In this document: positions 15,385 to 25,819 of the stretch, in pieces
Numbering within the stretch: the first letter of the stretch is position 1
Layout: every line of letters begins with the position of its first letter
Assembly (NCBI GenBank): GCA_013203315.1
Contig: JABMQJ010000004.1
Coordinates: 1 to 39,938 of the forward strand
Direction of reading: 5' to 3'
Length of the DNA: 39,938 nt
Source: Candidatus Omnitrophota bacterium
GTDB taxonomy: Bacteria > Omnitrophota > Gorgyraeia > JABMRN01 > RBG-13-46-9
Translations under genes and position numbers: made by a program
The notes under the pieces: model-generated
Database searches by the model: none
Seen by the model: the letters and a program-made list of their open reading frames with translations, nothing else
Told to the model about the DNA's origin: nothing

Positions 15385-16821
15385 TTATTCCAGATTCCCT
15401 GAGGCCGGCAATAAATCATTGTAAAAGTCTAACGATGATTTTTTCAATAAGCGTCTTTTATATGCCTGCAAAGAGGTATTAATATCGCTTGAAAGATTGC
15501 TCGTTGTATTCTTTTTATTGCCCTTGCCGGGATTCTCCTTGTCTTTACCGCCGCCGCTACCTCCCGATCCCCCGGAAGAAGTGACAAATAGTTCGGACCC
15601 GGATTTAATAACCCTGTTTGTTGAGCGATCGCTGGGGTAATAAACCCCAAAATTGTCATAGTCAGGGTAGCTGTCGCCGTACAGAATCCAGAACCCCACG
15701 CCGTTAGCGCCCGAGCTTGCCGCTGTATTATAGATATTTCTATATAGGCCATCCCTGGCTTTTGTTTGAGTGCGGACATCCGGCGCGCTCCTGTCAACCA
15801 TCTTGCCGAATTCACCTATATATACGGGTTTATTGAGAACGTTCTGCGCATCTGAAGCCCTGTCCCTTATCCACTGAAGCGCCTGTTCATCCGATAGATT
15901 GTAATAATCGGGAAACAGGTGGAATGTAGCAACGTCTACATAGGGAGAGCTCTGGCTTTCTATGAAATCGACTCCATCGCTATATCCATACCACCCTTCA
16001 ATACCGGTAGAAAGTAAGTGATTCGGGTCAACACCTTTTACGTACTCGGCCATTTCGTTAATCCAGGGGTTGAGTGTATCACCCGTTGAATCACCATAGG
16101 CCCTTGGCTCATTTCCAAGCTCCCACATCAAAACCGTGGGATCATCCTTGTACGCAATCCCGGTATAGGTATTCGTTCTATTCACAAAATAAGTAACATA
16201 GTCCCTGTACCAGTCTTTTATGGTTTCGTTTGTGTAAAAAAGATCGTGCTCAGAATATGACGGTTGTCGACCCAGAAACCATTCCACGTATTGATTGATA
16301 CCACCAAAGTCATCCCAATTATTTACAAAGGGTATTATCAATTTCATATCATATTGCGCGGCCTTGTATAGAATGTAATCCATCTTGAGAAAGCCTGTTT
16401 CGTCATACACGCCATAGGATGGCTGGAACGAAACGCCTTCCTTGTACATGCCGTCACAGAATCCCCATGTTCTTATGGCATTTAGGCCCAATCTTTGAGC
16501 ATCTTCAAAGATCTCATCAATCATGTAATCCGGTTTATAGAAAAGATAGTAATTGTTGGCGTGGGAAAACTTATACTCCTGGCCGTCAACGTAGAGACCT
16601 GTGTCTTGCGCAGTAACAAATCCGGCGCTTAACGCCTCTGCAATAGCCTGCTGTGTTTCAACAAGTGATTCTGCAGAAGACTGTCCGGATATTAAGTCGT
16701 CTACGGTACTGCCGCCGGGATTAGAAATTTGCTCACCGGGCAAGACTGGCTCCTGAGCCAGACAGATATTAGAACTAAGAAAAAATACTATGGTCAATAT
16801 TGCAAAGATTTTTGTTTTCAT
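15385..16821 (-). CDS. secreted GH5 endo-beta-mannanase-like glycoside hydrolase (start MKTKIF)
   Basis: IRTWGF, NNWDDFGG, WELGNEP acid/base, IGEFG nucleophile; GGAGG RBS before 16821. Confidence 0.92.
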   Translation of the reverse strand: MKTKIFAILTIVFFLSSNICLAQEPVLPGEQISNPGGSTVDDLISGQSSAESLVETQQAIAEALSAGFVTAQDTGLYVDGQEYKFSHANNYYLFYKPDYMIDEIFEDAQRLGLNAIRTWGFCDGMYKEGVSFQPSYGVYDETGFLKMDYILYKAAQYDMKLIIPFVNNWDDFGGINQYVEWFLGRQPSYSEHDLFYTNETIKDWYRDYVTYFVNRTNTYTGIAYKDDPTVLMWELGNEPRAYGDSTGDTLNPWINEMAEYVKGVDPNHLLSTGIEGWYGYSDGVDFIESQSSPYVDVATFHLFPDYYNLSDEQALQWIRDRASDAQNVLNKPVYIGEFGKMVDRSAPDVRTQTKARDGLYRNIYNTAASSGANGVGFWILYGDSYPDYDNFGVYYPSDRSTNRVIKSGSELFVTSSGGSGGSGGGKDKENPGKGNKKNTTSNLSSDINTSLQAYKRRLLKKSSLDFYNDLLPASGNLE

Positions 16822-16978
16822 AATTTTACCTCCATGACAATATTCTATCACATGCTTAGGACATTAAAGCAATAGAGGAGTAATAGGCTTGTAACACTTG
16901 TGTAACAAATTACTCGGTATGCAATGCTTGCGCTTATTTTGTTTTTAAGCCGTGTAACAGGAACAGATATTGTCAAGC

Positions 16979-17590
16979 TTACTTCAGGCGCTTCTGCTTA
17001 TCCAGAATTAACCACGCCACGCTTACGAAGAAAATAAAAAGATAGGCGTACATGGTTTGCCACAGGCCTTTTCCGATGACTATTTGAATAACAAGGTTTG
17101 AAAAATCAGCTGTATAAAGATTGTAGAGCCCTCCTATGCATACCGCGCCGCTTACTGCTAACATTGCAATAACGGCCTGTGTAGACTTCAGCCCCATCAC
17201 TGCCAAAGCTGCAGAAACAAAAGCAAGTAGCGGTAAAACATAAACTAGATAGCTCTTTAACCCCAATCCTTCCGTACCCTTAAATAAAATTTGAGCAAGA
17301 GACAGGGCAACCTTTGATGTCTTACTATTTACAAGCCTGGGGATATCATAACCACGCACGGTTGTCTTTATATTTATGCCTCCGAACGCGTCTAAAGCAT
17401 CGGTCGCTTCTCTAATTTCGCCTATAATTTTGCCGGCAAGGGGCGCGTCTTTAAGAGGCCCTGCTTTGTCTGTCAGACTCCTTGCGACTTTTGTAACAGA
17501 GGCTTTCACGTTAGCCCACGGCATAAAGAAACTCCATACAATAATTGCCGAAGCCACGACAATAAGGGCCAGTAAAATTCTTTTATCCAT
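16979..17590 (-). CDS. hypothetical membrane protein
   Basis: ORF track; FFMPW motif; 4 TM; AGGAGG RBS. Confidence 0.8.
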   Translation of the reverse strand: MDKRILLALIVVASAIIVWSFFMPWANVKASVTKVARSLTDKAGPLKDAPLAGKIIGEIREATDALDAFGGINIKTTVRGYDIPRLVNSKTSKVALSLAQILFKGTEGLGLKSYLVYVLPLLAFVSAALAVMGLKSTQAVIAMLAVSGAVCIGGLYNLYTADFSNLVIQIVIGKGLWQTMYAYLFIFFVSVAWLILDKQKRLK

Positions 17591-17610
17591 GTCCCCTCCT
17601 TTTGAGGCGC

Positions 17611-17844
17611 TTAGTCCTGTTCGCGCTCTTCTTTTAATGTCAGAATTGCCCAGAAAAAGAAATGCAAAAATTGATATAATACATAGCCGCCTATTGAAGT
17701 CAGAGCTATAAGGGCTCCTATGCCGGAGGCTGTATAGCTAACGTTTGCGAACTTGGTCATGAGAAAACCGATAAAACACGCCGCGGCAAATCCCATTACG
17801 ATAAGCCCTTCCCTGGCTATGGCCCTCTTAACAACATCGCTCAT
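17611..17844 (-). CDS. small membrane protein
   Basis: ORF track; 2 TM; AAGGAG RBS. Confidence 0.7.
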   Translation of the reverse strand: MSDVVKRAIAREGLIVMGFAAACFIGFLMTKFANVSYTASGIGALIALTSIGGYVLYQFLHFFFWAILTLKEEREQD

Positions 17845-17879
17845 TTTATCTGCTCCTTTCGCTTGGTAGCGTCAATTTT

Positions 17880-18236
17880 TTACGCTAAAATTAGCATTAT
17901 TCCGATCGCTATAATAAAAAGAGCCCACGCTCTAAAAAAGAGCAAGGGCTTAGCCTGTAACCAGTCGGTTATTTTCCCTGATCCCTTACGGGTAAGCATT
18001 AGAATCCCCTTTATCACGATAATCATCCCCGCAATACCAATAATTTTAGGCAGAAGGCCCGGAGTCCCTATTACGCTGCCGATAATCATAAAGCCAAATA
18101 CAATAATGAACCCGTACACGATGAACATCAGCTTACGGTTCATTTTCTTTTTTACGCGATTTTTTAAAGCCTCCGGCTTAAGAAGCCAAAATAGCCCCGT
18201 CAGGATGCTTATAACACCTAACACATTAGATAGCAT
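17880..18236 (-). CDS. hypothetical membrane protein (start MLSNV)
   Basis: 4 TM; AAGGAG RBS before 18236. Confidence 0.75.
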   Translation of the reverse strand: MLSNVLGVISILTGLFWLLKPEALKNRVKKKMNRKLMFIVYGFIIVFGFMIIGSVIGTPGLLPKIIGIAGMIIVIKGILMLTRKGSGKITDWLQAKPLLFFRAWALFIIAIGIMLILA

Positions 18237-18258
18237 AAAACAAACGCTCCTTTTCTTT

Positions 18259-18621
18259 TTAGAAAGACGCCGGAAGCCTGAGGTCACCTCTCATGAAACT
18301 TCGGATAACGTCTTTACTCTCATTGCTTATCTCAAGAAATTGATTTCCAACCTCGTAGTCTTCACCAATAGGTAACTTTTTTACCCAAGCGATCTTAGAA
18401 ATGACTTTTATGGGTTTTAACATTGTAGGGATTTCGAGTTCTACGGCTAGATGACAGGCCAAGGCGATAAATTTTTCGCTCTGAAATCTTACCCCACCTT
18501 CACTTACGTCAGCAGAAATAGCAGTCCTGAATTTTTCGGTAGGTTTGGCCAGGTCTTTATATCGCAGCGTAAACCGACTTTTACGCCGCGTGAATTCTCT
18601 TCTTTCCAATAGTTTTGCCAT
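18259..18621 (-). CDS. PilZ domain c-di-GMP receptor
   Basis: RREFTR (RxxxR) and DVSEGG (DxSxxG). Confidence 0.9.
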   Translation of the reverse strand: MAKLLERREFTRRKSRFTLRYKDLAKPTEKFRTAISADVSEGGVRFQSEKFIALACHLAVELEIPTMLKPIKVISKIAWVKKLPIGEDYEVGNQFLEISNESKDVIRSFMRGDLRLPASF

Positions 18622-18646
18622 TGTAATTCACCAGCTACAGTATATG

Positions 18647-19228
18647 TTAATCAATTTTAAATTTTGAGAGTTCGGAATCTATTCTTTCAATATTAGCCTG
18701 TAGGACTTTTTTTTCTTCCCCGTCTTGTGTTTCCGACTCCAATTTAATCAAATTCGACCTTATAGAATCCCACTCTTCCTTCACGGCGGAAATGGAATCT
18801 TTCATTTCTACGCGCATTTCTTCAAATGACTGAGCCAGCCTTTGCGCCTGGTCTCTGCCCCTTACGCGTATTGGGCCTCTTAGATCGCCTCCTTTTAACT
18901 TGTCCAGGTCCGTCTTTATCCTGTAAAGGGGGCCAGCTATTTTATGCGAAGTGAATAGCGCTACGGCTACCGTGGCAATCCCGACCAAAAGCGTAACCCC
19001 CATCATGATTTGTAGCATCGCTGGTAAAATGAAATCGGCAGTTGATTTTACCACAACCTTCAAATTCTCAAAAGCCACGGTGGTAGTTTGACGGTTAAAA
19101 TAATAAATAAGGAATACGATTAAAGCACTTGCTAAAACAGTGATCAGGCAGAATCGAGCAATAAATGCAATCTGGAAACGTGCATCAATAAAATACTGAC
19201 TTCTTCTAAATTTGTTTTCCCCGCCCAT
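18647..19228 (-). CDS. 2-TM HAMP domain protein
   Basis: SHKIAGPLYRI...GDL...RGRD HAMP signature. Confidence 0.85.
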   Translation of the reverse strand: MGGENKFRRSQYFIDARFQIAFIARFCLITVLASALIVFLIYYFNRQTTTVAFENLKVVVKSTADFILPAMLQIMMGVTLLVGIATVAVALFTSHKIAGPLYRIKTDLDKLKGGDLRGPIRVRGRDQAQRLAQSFEEMRVEMKDSISAVKEEWDSIRSNLIKLESETQDGEEKKVLQANIERIDSELSKFKID

Positions 19229-19246
19229 GATTCACCTCCTGAAAAT

Positions 19247-19822
19247 CTATTCCAAGCCCAAGGCCTTTTTGTCAATTTTTATATTCGCCTGGTTTTTCAG
19301 ATTGTTTACCCAGGCATTAAAAGCGAGCTGCTGTTTTCTTTTTGATATCTGCCACTTGATAAGCTCACGCACGTCATCGAAACTTTGAGCGTTCCCCGGG
19401 TGATCCTTTGCCCACTGGTTATAGAAATCCAAAAGCTCCTCTTCTGTTACGCCCACTGTACTGTCAAGCTCTTTGGCTCTTTGGTCTATAACAATTTTTA
19501 GCAGGGCCTGCTCCCACAGGTTTTCGATGCTCCTCAAAAAACTCCTTTGCTTATCGATTTCTTCTTTTTGTGCTTCTTGTAAAAGTAATTTACGGATTAT
19601 AAGATTGTCTATGAATTTCTCGCGCGCTTTTGGCGTATCTTCGGCAACGCCGGATTCCGCGTAGATCTCGCTAAACTCATCCGGGGTAAGGGTATATTCG
19701 TTTATCCTGACAACTATCTTCTCGGATGGCCCACTTCCGCTACAGCCGGAAATCACAAAGCAAAGTAGAAAAATCGATATCGCATTTATAAAATAAACGC
19801 TATTTTTCTTGGGCGAGCGCAT
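19247..19822 (-). CDS. SurA N-terminal domain-like lipoprotein
   Basis: Lipobox ISGC; VVRINEY.LT, LLLQEA, VTEEE, LKNQANIKI. Confidence 0.8.
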   Translation of the reverse strand: MRSPKKNSVYFINAISIFLLCFVISGCSGSGPSEKIVVRINEYTLTPDEFSEIYAESGVAEDTPKAREKFIDNLIIRKLLLQEAQKEEIDKQRSFLRSIENLWEQALLKIVIDQRAKELDSTVGVTEEELLDFYNQWAKDHPGNAQSFDDVRELIKWQISKRKQQLAFNAWVNNLKNQANIKIDKKALGLE

Positions 19823-19838
19823 CGCATCCTCCTTTTTA

Positions 19839-20384
19839 TCAGCGTACCTTAAACTTGAATATCTCCATTAACCCGCTCAGCAAATTCTTAAGGTGCTGTT
19901 CGGGCGATTTTACGTACTTGTTCAGGTCCCTGTACGGGACAAAGTGTATTATATTGCCGTCGCTTAGCTGCATATAGATCCCGGCCACATCATCGTTTCT
20001 GACGGGACTGTGGGCGTGAATAATTATAATGTCTTCCGGCTTTAAGAGCGGGCTATTTTTCTCGCCACCCGTATTGACCTCCACCGTTTCAAGGCCTAAA
20101 ACATAGGCTTTGCCGTTTTTTCCAGCTGCCTCAAATCTAACACGATTGAAATCAATAGTTTTCCCGGAATTATTCTTAACAAAAATTTCTGCCATGTATT
20201 CGCCGAAGGGCGGAAACACGGTTTCGCTGAATTCTATCACACCCTCCACCGGAAGAAGTTTATAGGTGTAATATTCCGAACCGGCAATTTTTTCAAAATT
20301 AAACAGCGTGCCGCGCTGGGCATAGGTAAGTGCTGAGAAGTTAATCAGAAAAACCGCACAGAGTAAACACAGCACTTTCTTCAT
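19839..20384 (-). CDS. secreted hypothetical protein (start MKKVL)
   Basis: Signal peptide; starts immediately after the upstream stop. Confidence 0.75.
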   Translation of the reverse strand: MKKVLCLLCAVFLINFSALTYAQRGTLFNFEKIAGSEYYTYKLLPVEGVIEFSETVFPPFGEYMAEIFVKNNSGKTIDFNRVRFEAAGKNGKAYVLGLETVEVNTGGEKNSPLLKPEDIIIIHAHSPVRNDDVAGIYMQLSDGNIIHFVPYRDLNKYVKSPEQHLKNLLSGLMEIFKFKVR

Positions 20385-20385
20385 T

Positions 20386-20772
20386 TTACTCTTTCTTGGT
20401 TTTTGAAAGATTAAGCAATATCCGTATGTTTTTCGATAGGCTGGCAAGCTCTACGGGTTTCGTAACGTAAAAATCGGCCTCTTCGTCATAGGCCTTTTTG
20501 ATCTTCGCGAAATCATCGACAACTGTCAGCATGACAAAAGGAACGCGTATATCTGTTTCCTGCCTAAGGTTTTTCAGAACCTCGAAACCGTCCTTCTTCG
20601 GCATCTTCACGTCGCATATGATTAAGTCAGGATTCCAGGTTTTTGCTTTTTGAAGACCGTTTTCGCCGTCAAAAGCTGTTGTAACATCATATCCTTCCAG
20701 CTTAAGCCTTTCGCCTACCAAATCCAGAAAGTCCTTTTCGTCATCAATGATTAAAATCCTGTCTTTATACAT
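20386..20772 (-). CDS. single-domain response regulator
   Basis: IIDDE, CDVKMP, T, KP receiver motifs. Confidence 0.93.
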   Translation of the reverse strand: MYKDRILIIDDEKDFLDLVGERLKLEGYDVTTAFDGENGLQKAKTWNPDLIICDVKMPKKDGFEVLKNLRQETDIRVPFVMLTVVDDFAKIKKAYDEEADFYVTKPVELASLSKNIRILLNLSKTKKE

Positions 20773-20773
20773 A

Positions 20774-22384
20774 TCAACCGAATCCTACGCTTAAGAAATT
20801 CTTTAACTTACGCGCCCTTGTGGGGTGCCTTAATTTCTTCAAAGCCTTTGCTTCTATCTGTCTTACCCTTTCTCTTGTAACGCTAAATATTGAGCCGACT
20901 TCTTCGAGCGTGCGTGGATAGCCGTCTCCTATTCCGAATCTTAAACGTAAAACCTTCTTCTCTCTTTCGGTAAGGGTGTCCAAGACGCCCCCCATCTGCT
21001 CTTTAAGCATCGTGTAAGCAGTAGCGCTGGCCGGTGAAACAGCGCGCTTATCTTCGATAAAATCACCAAAATGAGTATCACCCTCATCGCCGATAGGCGT
21101 TTGTAAACTTATCGGTTCCTGTGCGATTTTTAATATGGACCTGACTTTGTCCACGGGTATCTTCATCTGGCCGGATAGTTCTTCGGGAGTAGGCTCCCTT
21201 CCTGTTTCCTGTACCAGCGACCTTGAAACGCGGATGAGTTTATTGATTGTTTCGGTCATGTGCACAGGTATTCTTATGGTACGCGACTGGTCAGCAATAG
21301 AGCGGGTAATGGCCTGCCTGATCCACCATGTTGCGTATGTGGAAAATTTATAACCGCGCTTGTATTCGAATTTATCTACCGCCTTCATGAGGCCGATATT
21401 ACCTTCCTGTATCAAGTCTAAAAACGAAAGCCCTCTATTCGTATATTTTTTAGCGATACTCACAACCAGTCGTAAATTTGCAGCGACAAGCCCTCTCTTG
21501 GCCTTGTTAAAATTGGTTTCTTTAACCCTTATAAAACGATACTGCTTCCTAACGCTCTCGGGCTTTTCGCCTAATTCATGGCGCAAGGCTCTTAGTTTTT
21601 TAGTTAACTTTTTTTTCTTCTTTTGCTGGGCTTTCGTTGTCCTGCGTATTTCTCTTTCTGTGCTTTCGATTTTTTCTATTATTTCCCGAATCTTATGGGA
21701 AATCTGCTCTACAACATAAATCGCAAGCCGCATATCCATTAAAATCTTTGCAGCGCGGTCTTTTGCCTTTGTTTTTTTGAGCTTCTTTAGCAGTTTTAAT
21801 ACTTTTCTCCTTACTACGTATTCCTTAATATTGGGATCGAGATCCATAATTTCGTCGAGGTTTATATTTTTTTCAAGCGCATTTTCCGAAACCTCAATTA
21901 CGACGTTTTTGGCAACATTCATCCATAATACATTTTTTCTAAAGAGGGCTTCGGCTTCTTTTATCTTCTCGGCAATGGATATCTCCTGCTCTCTCGTTAA
22001 AAGCGGTATCTGCCCCATCTGCCTCAGATACATTTTTACGGGGTCGTCTACCTGGGTCACCCTTGAGGTTTCATCGCTTTTTGCGCTGCTTTTTCTAGCT
22101 CGTGTCTCCTGCGGCAGCACATATTCTTCCTTTTTCTGGTCAGAGATTAGGATGCCCTCTCTGTCAAGAACATCCATGACACCATCGATCTCCTCGGGAG
22201 AGAACATGTCATTCGGAAGAAGATTGTTGATTTCCTCATAGGTCAGGCGTCCCCTCTCTTTTCCCAGGACTACCAGCCTATCAATAACCTTACGCTTAGT
22301 AGATTTCTTGAGGCTACCCATTTTTCGTGCGGCGGACTTGCGCCTCTTTACGATTTTTTTCTTTTTTTTCTTTTTAGCGGTCAT
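20774..22384 (-). CDS. rpoD: RNA polymerase primary sigma factor
   Basis: Regions 1.1, 1.2 (DPVKMYL), 2 ([26 protein letters not shown]), 3 and 4 (TRERVRQIE); follows dnaG. Confidence 0.98.
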   Translation of the reverse strand: MTAKKKKKKKIVKRRKSAARKMGSLKKSTKRKVIDRLVVLGKERGRLTYEEINNLLPNDMFSPEEIDGVMDVLDREGILISDQKKEEYVLPQETRARKSSAKSDETSRVTQVDDPVKMYLRQMGQIPLLTREQEISIAEKIKEAEALFRKNVLWMNVAKNVVIEVSENALEKNINLDEIMDLDPNIKEYVVRRKVLKLLKKLKKTKAKDRAAKILMDMRLAIYVVEQISHKIREIIEKIESTEREIRRTTKAQQKKKKKLTKKLRALRHELGEKPESVRKQYRFIRVKETNFNKAKRGLVAANLRLVVSIAKKYTNRGLSFLDLIQEGNIGLMKAVDKFEYKRGYKFSTYATWWIRQAITRSIADQSRTIRIPVHMTETINKLIRVSRSLVQETGREPTPEELSGQMKIPVDKVRSILKIAQEPISLQTPIGDEGDTHFGDFIEDKRAVSPASATAYTMLKEQMGGVLDTLTEREKKVLRLRFGIGDGYPRTLEEVGSIFSVTRERVRQIEAKALKKLRHPTRARKLKNFLSVGFG

Positions 22385-22398
22385 AGTGTTTTGGAGCG

Positions 22399-24192
22399 TT
22401 ATCCCTTAACGCTTGTTCCGTTCTTTTTGAATTCCTTAATGAGTTCACTGTATTCGGCGATGAGCCTGTTTATCTTATTAGTATCGAAAGCGTTTTCAGC
22501 TTTTTTAATCTCGGATTGAAGGTTGTGAAGAGTAAGCTTCTGGCTGTCGCCCTTTATGCGTTTTACACAATCATTCAGCGCTTTTTCTTTATCTCTTATA
22601 ATCTGATTCATGCTAACGGCTTCCGAGATAATTTCGCTGGTTCCGGCACCTTTCAAGTGACATATTAGATGCGAAGGATTTACTTTTTTCCCTTCTTTAC
22701 GAAGTTCGGTTATTTTTTTAAAGATAGCCGCTATAGATTCATCCTTAAAGTTTTCTCCGCCCAGTTCTTCTTTGATTTTTTCAAGATATTCCGCATCATC
22801 TAATGCGATGGCAAGAAGTGTAATCTCTGCTAGGCTAGCAGGGCTCTTCTTATGCTCTTTTACCGTCTCAAGTGAAATGGAATAGGGAGCTAGAGAAGCC
22901 CTGAATTCCGGCTTCACCTTTTCAAGCTCCGCCCTTACGGCTTTTTCATCAATCGAAAGCTCCTCTGACATTTTCTTTAAATATCCGGCTTTTAAAACTG
23001 CGTTTTTTATCTTTGCCAACGTAGGAAGCATTTCCCCTACGATTCTGGCTTTGCCTTGCGGACTGTTCTTTTGGAACTTTGCGGTAAGCACACCTAGCTT
23101 ATAATCAAAAAGGTCTTTTGACTCTTTCAAGAGTTTCATAAACCCGGGCCTTGCCTCTTTCCTGACAAAGCTATCCGGATCTCGGCCCTTGGGCAATAAG
23201 GCTATGCGCACATTCATCTCCTCCGCAATTAAAAGATCAAGCCCCCTAAGCGTGGCGGCTTCGCCGGCTTTATCGGAATCGTAAATCATTATCGCATTTT
23301 TTGTAAAGCGCTTGATCCCCTGGACCTGCGCAGGCGTCAGGGCAGTACCGAGAGTGGCCACGATATTTCTTATGTCATTCTGAAACGGAAGTATGAGGTC
23401 AAAATATCCTTCGACAATGATAACATAATCCTGCTTCCTTATGTATTCTTTTGAAAAGTTCAAGCCGTAAAGGTGCTTTCCCTTTGTATATATGTGCGTT
23501 TCCGGTGAATTCATATATTTAGGTAAGTCTGTACCCATCGTACGGGCGCCAAAACCAAGCACCCTATTTCGCAAGTCAAAGATCGGAAAGATTATGCGAT
23601 TCCTGAATCTGTCATACCAGTTCTTCTTATCCTCTCTTTGTAGCACAAGCCCTGCTTTTTGCAGTGTTTCCAAATCAATATTTTTACTCTTGCAGTGATT
23701 GATAACCCCCTGCCAGGAATCTGCGGCATACCCCAACCTGAAATGCTTTATCGTGCTCTCAGTAATGCCTCTTTGAATAAAATATCTGTAGGCGGTTTTA
23801 CCGTCTTCTTTTGTGAGGTTTTCCCGGTAAAGGTCGCACGCCATGTTATTCACGCCGTACAATTTATCGGCGAAAGAGGACTTACCCCTGTCTGCCTGAC
23901 TCTGTCGGGGCAGCGCAATATTCGCTTTATCAGCGAGCATTGTTAATGCATCAAGGAACTCCATCCTCTCGTGTTTCATGAGAAAACTAATCACATTTCC
24001 TCCGGCGCTGCATCCGAAACAATGATATATCTGCTTTGCCGGGCTTACGATAAATGACGGTGTCTTTTCTTCATGAAATGGGCATCGGCCCTTGAAATTC
24101 TGGCCCGCCCTTTTCATGGGCACATAACCCGATATGATTTCGACGATATCGGTTTTATCCAGTATTTGGTCTATAATTTCGTTCGGTATCAT
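22399..24192 (-). CDS. dnaG: DNA primase
   Basis: [11 protein letters not shown] zinc finger, [27 protein letters not shown]. Confidence 0.98.
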   Translation of the reverse strand: MIPNEIIDQILDKTDIVEIISGYVPMKRAGQNFKGRCPFHEEKTPSFIVSPAKQIYHCFGCSAGGNVISFLMKHERMEFLDALTMLADKANIALPRQSQADRGKSSFADKLYGVNNMACDLYRENLTKEDGKTAYRYFIQRGITESTIKHFRLGYAADSWQGVINHCKSKNIDLETLQKAGLVLQREDKKNWYDRFRNRIIFPIFDLRNRVLGFGARTMGTDLPKYMNSPETHIYTKGKHLYGLNFSKEYIRKQDYVIIVEGYFDLILPFQNDIRNIVATLGTALTPAQVQGIKRFTKNAIMIYDSDKAGEAATLRGLDLLIAEEMNVRIALLPKGRDPDSFVRKEARPGFMKLLKESKDLFDYKLGVLTAKFQKNSPQGKARIVGEMLPTLAKIKNAVLKAGYLKKMSEELSIDEKAVRAELEKVKPEFRASLAPYSISLETVKEHKKSPASLAEITLLAIALDDAEYLEKIKEELGGENFKDESIAAIFKKITELRKEGKKVNPSHLICHLKGAGTSEIISEAVSMNQIIRDKEKALNDCVKRIKGDSQKLTLHNLQSEIKKAENAFDTNKINRLIAEYSELIKEFKKNGTSVKG

Positions 24193-25142
24193 CTCTTTAC
24201 TCTGACAAATCCTGAGCAGGGTATAATGTTAAAATTCGTACTTTTAGTAAGTTCGTCCAGAATCAAATTAAGCCCCAAGTTGTCGCTGGCAATGTGGCTG
24301 GCTATGACAATGTTTAAGAACTCGGCTTTTGCGGCTTTAAAATGCACGTCGTCAAGATGCATCGCTACGATTGTACCGACGCCCGCCTGTGAAAGCCGCG
24401 CAAAAATCTTATGAGAACCTTCGGTTCCGCCGGTCATATCGACAAAAATTTTACCGGCCTTGTTCTTTTCTTTTCCGGCTATGAGGCGCGGGCCCGTACC
24501 GTTTTGCATGGCGTTTTGATATTCAGGGATTGCTTTTAAAAGATGCAGTACGTCGCCTGCCTTCTTGGGTTTTTTTCGTTCATACAGCTTCTGCAAAAAA
24601 TGCGCAACATGGTTATCGGCCGGTGTGTGAACACACATAAGCGGCACGTCCATTAGCCTGGCGCTATCAGCTGCCCTTTGGTGGTTTCTGGGTAAAATCC
24701 TCCTGGCAACCTCTTCTATGCGCTCTTTCATGAGGGACTTCGCAACGTCCGTATCCACCCCTGCGTGTTTTAGAATATCCGTTTGCACATGCATAACATA
24801 ATGAAGGCCCGCCAAGGCCTTGCCCGAGGGATGGTGCGACATGACAAGGTCTATGCCGGCTCCCTTTTCGTTTAAAAGATACGCCATTAGAATCTCGCTT
24901 ACTTCTATGTCAATGCCAACCATGATAGTGCGTATAGTTTTTTTCACGTCTCCGCACAAAATCCTGGTATCCGCAAAAGGGTGCCTGAGTTTTTCCTTGT
25001 CATAATATTTTTTGTCCTGACGCCTTAAAGCCTTGTATTCTCGGCGAACACGGCCGAGTTCATCTTTTAGTTCCTTCTTCTTACGCGGATCCTTCTCAAG
25101 GCCTTTTTTAATAACAAATTCATAAATCTCTTGCAGCTTCAT
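24189..25142 (-). CDS. NIF3 (NGG1p interacting factor 3)-like protein
   Basis: GIDI, SHHP, HTPADN, DMTGGT, HIASD..G.N motifs. Confidence 0.85.
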   Translation of the reverse strand: MKLQEIYEFVIKKGLEKDPRKKKELKDELGRVRREYKALRRQDKKYYDKEKLRHPFADTRILCGDVKKTIRTIMVGIDIEVSEILMAYLLNEKGAGIDLVMSHHPSGKALAGLHYVMHVQTDILKHAGVDTDVAKSLMKERIEEVARRILPRNHQRAADSARLMDVPLMCVHTPADNHVAHFLQKLYERKKPKKAGDVLHLLKAIPEYQNAMQNGTGPRLIAGKEKNKAGKIFVDMTGGTEGSHKIFARLSQAGVGTIVAMHLDDVHFKAAKAEFLNIVIASHIASDNLGLNLILDELTKSTNFNIIPCSGFVRVKR

Positions 25143-25158
25143 TCCTTACCTCCGTGTA

Positions 25159-25803
25159 TTAAAATTCTTCTTTGTAAAATCTGGATTTTTTACGCTTTTC
25201 GTCCGACTGAAACAGGTAGCCTTCTTTTTTTCCGAATAGTTTCGACATTTCTTTTTTATATGTTACCTCGTTATTTTTCAAGCCCAAATTTACCCCCAGG
25301 GTATATGCTTTGACATCCATGCTGATAATAAACCGTCCAAGAAATGAGTTTCTTACGCTAGACTCGGCAAATTTAACCGGCACGAGCAAAAATGCAATGA
25401 GAACTAAGCCGATTATAAGAAAGGAGCGTGGGACGCCAAAAATTATGCCGCCAATTTTCTCAATACCGCCTGCTTCAGTTTCAGTCGAAAACAGGGCCAT
25501 GCCTGTCATGCGTATGATAATACTGTAGATGATAGAAAACACAAACGCCATAAGCGAGAAGCTTAAAAATTTGCAAACAGATGGCATGAAAGAATATCGG
25601 CCTATGAAAAAAGAGGCAACAGTTTCATAATTATACAAAGAGATTATTAATATTAGCGCTAAAATAATAAGGGGAAGGATTTGTTTACCAACGCCTATGC
25701 GCGAAGACGCATAACCTATTTTAATGAAAAGGATTAGGGCAAATATATCAATCCAATTTACCCTACTTAATAGATCTGACAACTGCCCACCACCTTTTGA
25801 CAA
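25159..25803 (-). CDS. CvpA family membrane protein (start uncertain)
   Basis: NWIDI...GY...G, EKIGGIIFG..R, S..G pattern. Confidence 0.8.
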   Translation of the reverse strand: MSKGGGQLSDLLSRVNWIDIFALILFIKIGYASSRIGVGKQILPLIILALILIISLYNYETVASFFIGRYSFMPSVCKFLSFSLMAFVFSIIYSIIIRMTGMALFSTETEAGGIEKIGGIIFGVPRSFLIIGLVLIAFLLVPVKFAESSVRNSFLGRFIISMDVKAYTLGVNLGLKNNEVTYKKEMSKLFGKKEGYLFQSDEKRKKSRFYKEEF

Positions 25804-25819
25804 AAGTGTTCAAAGTATA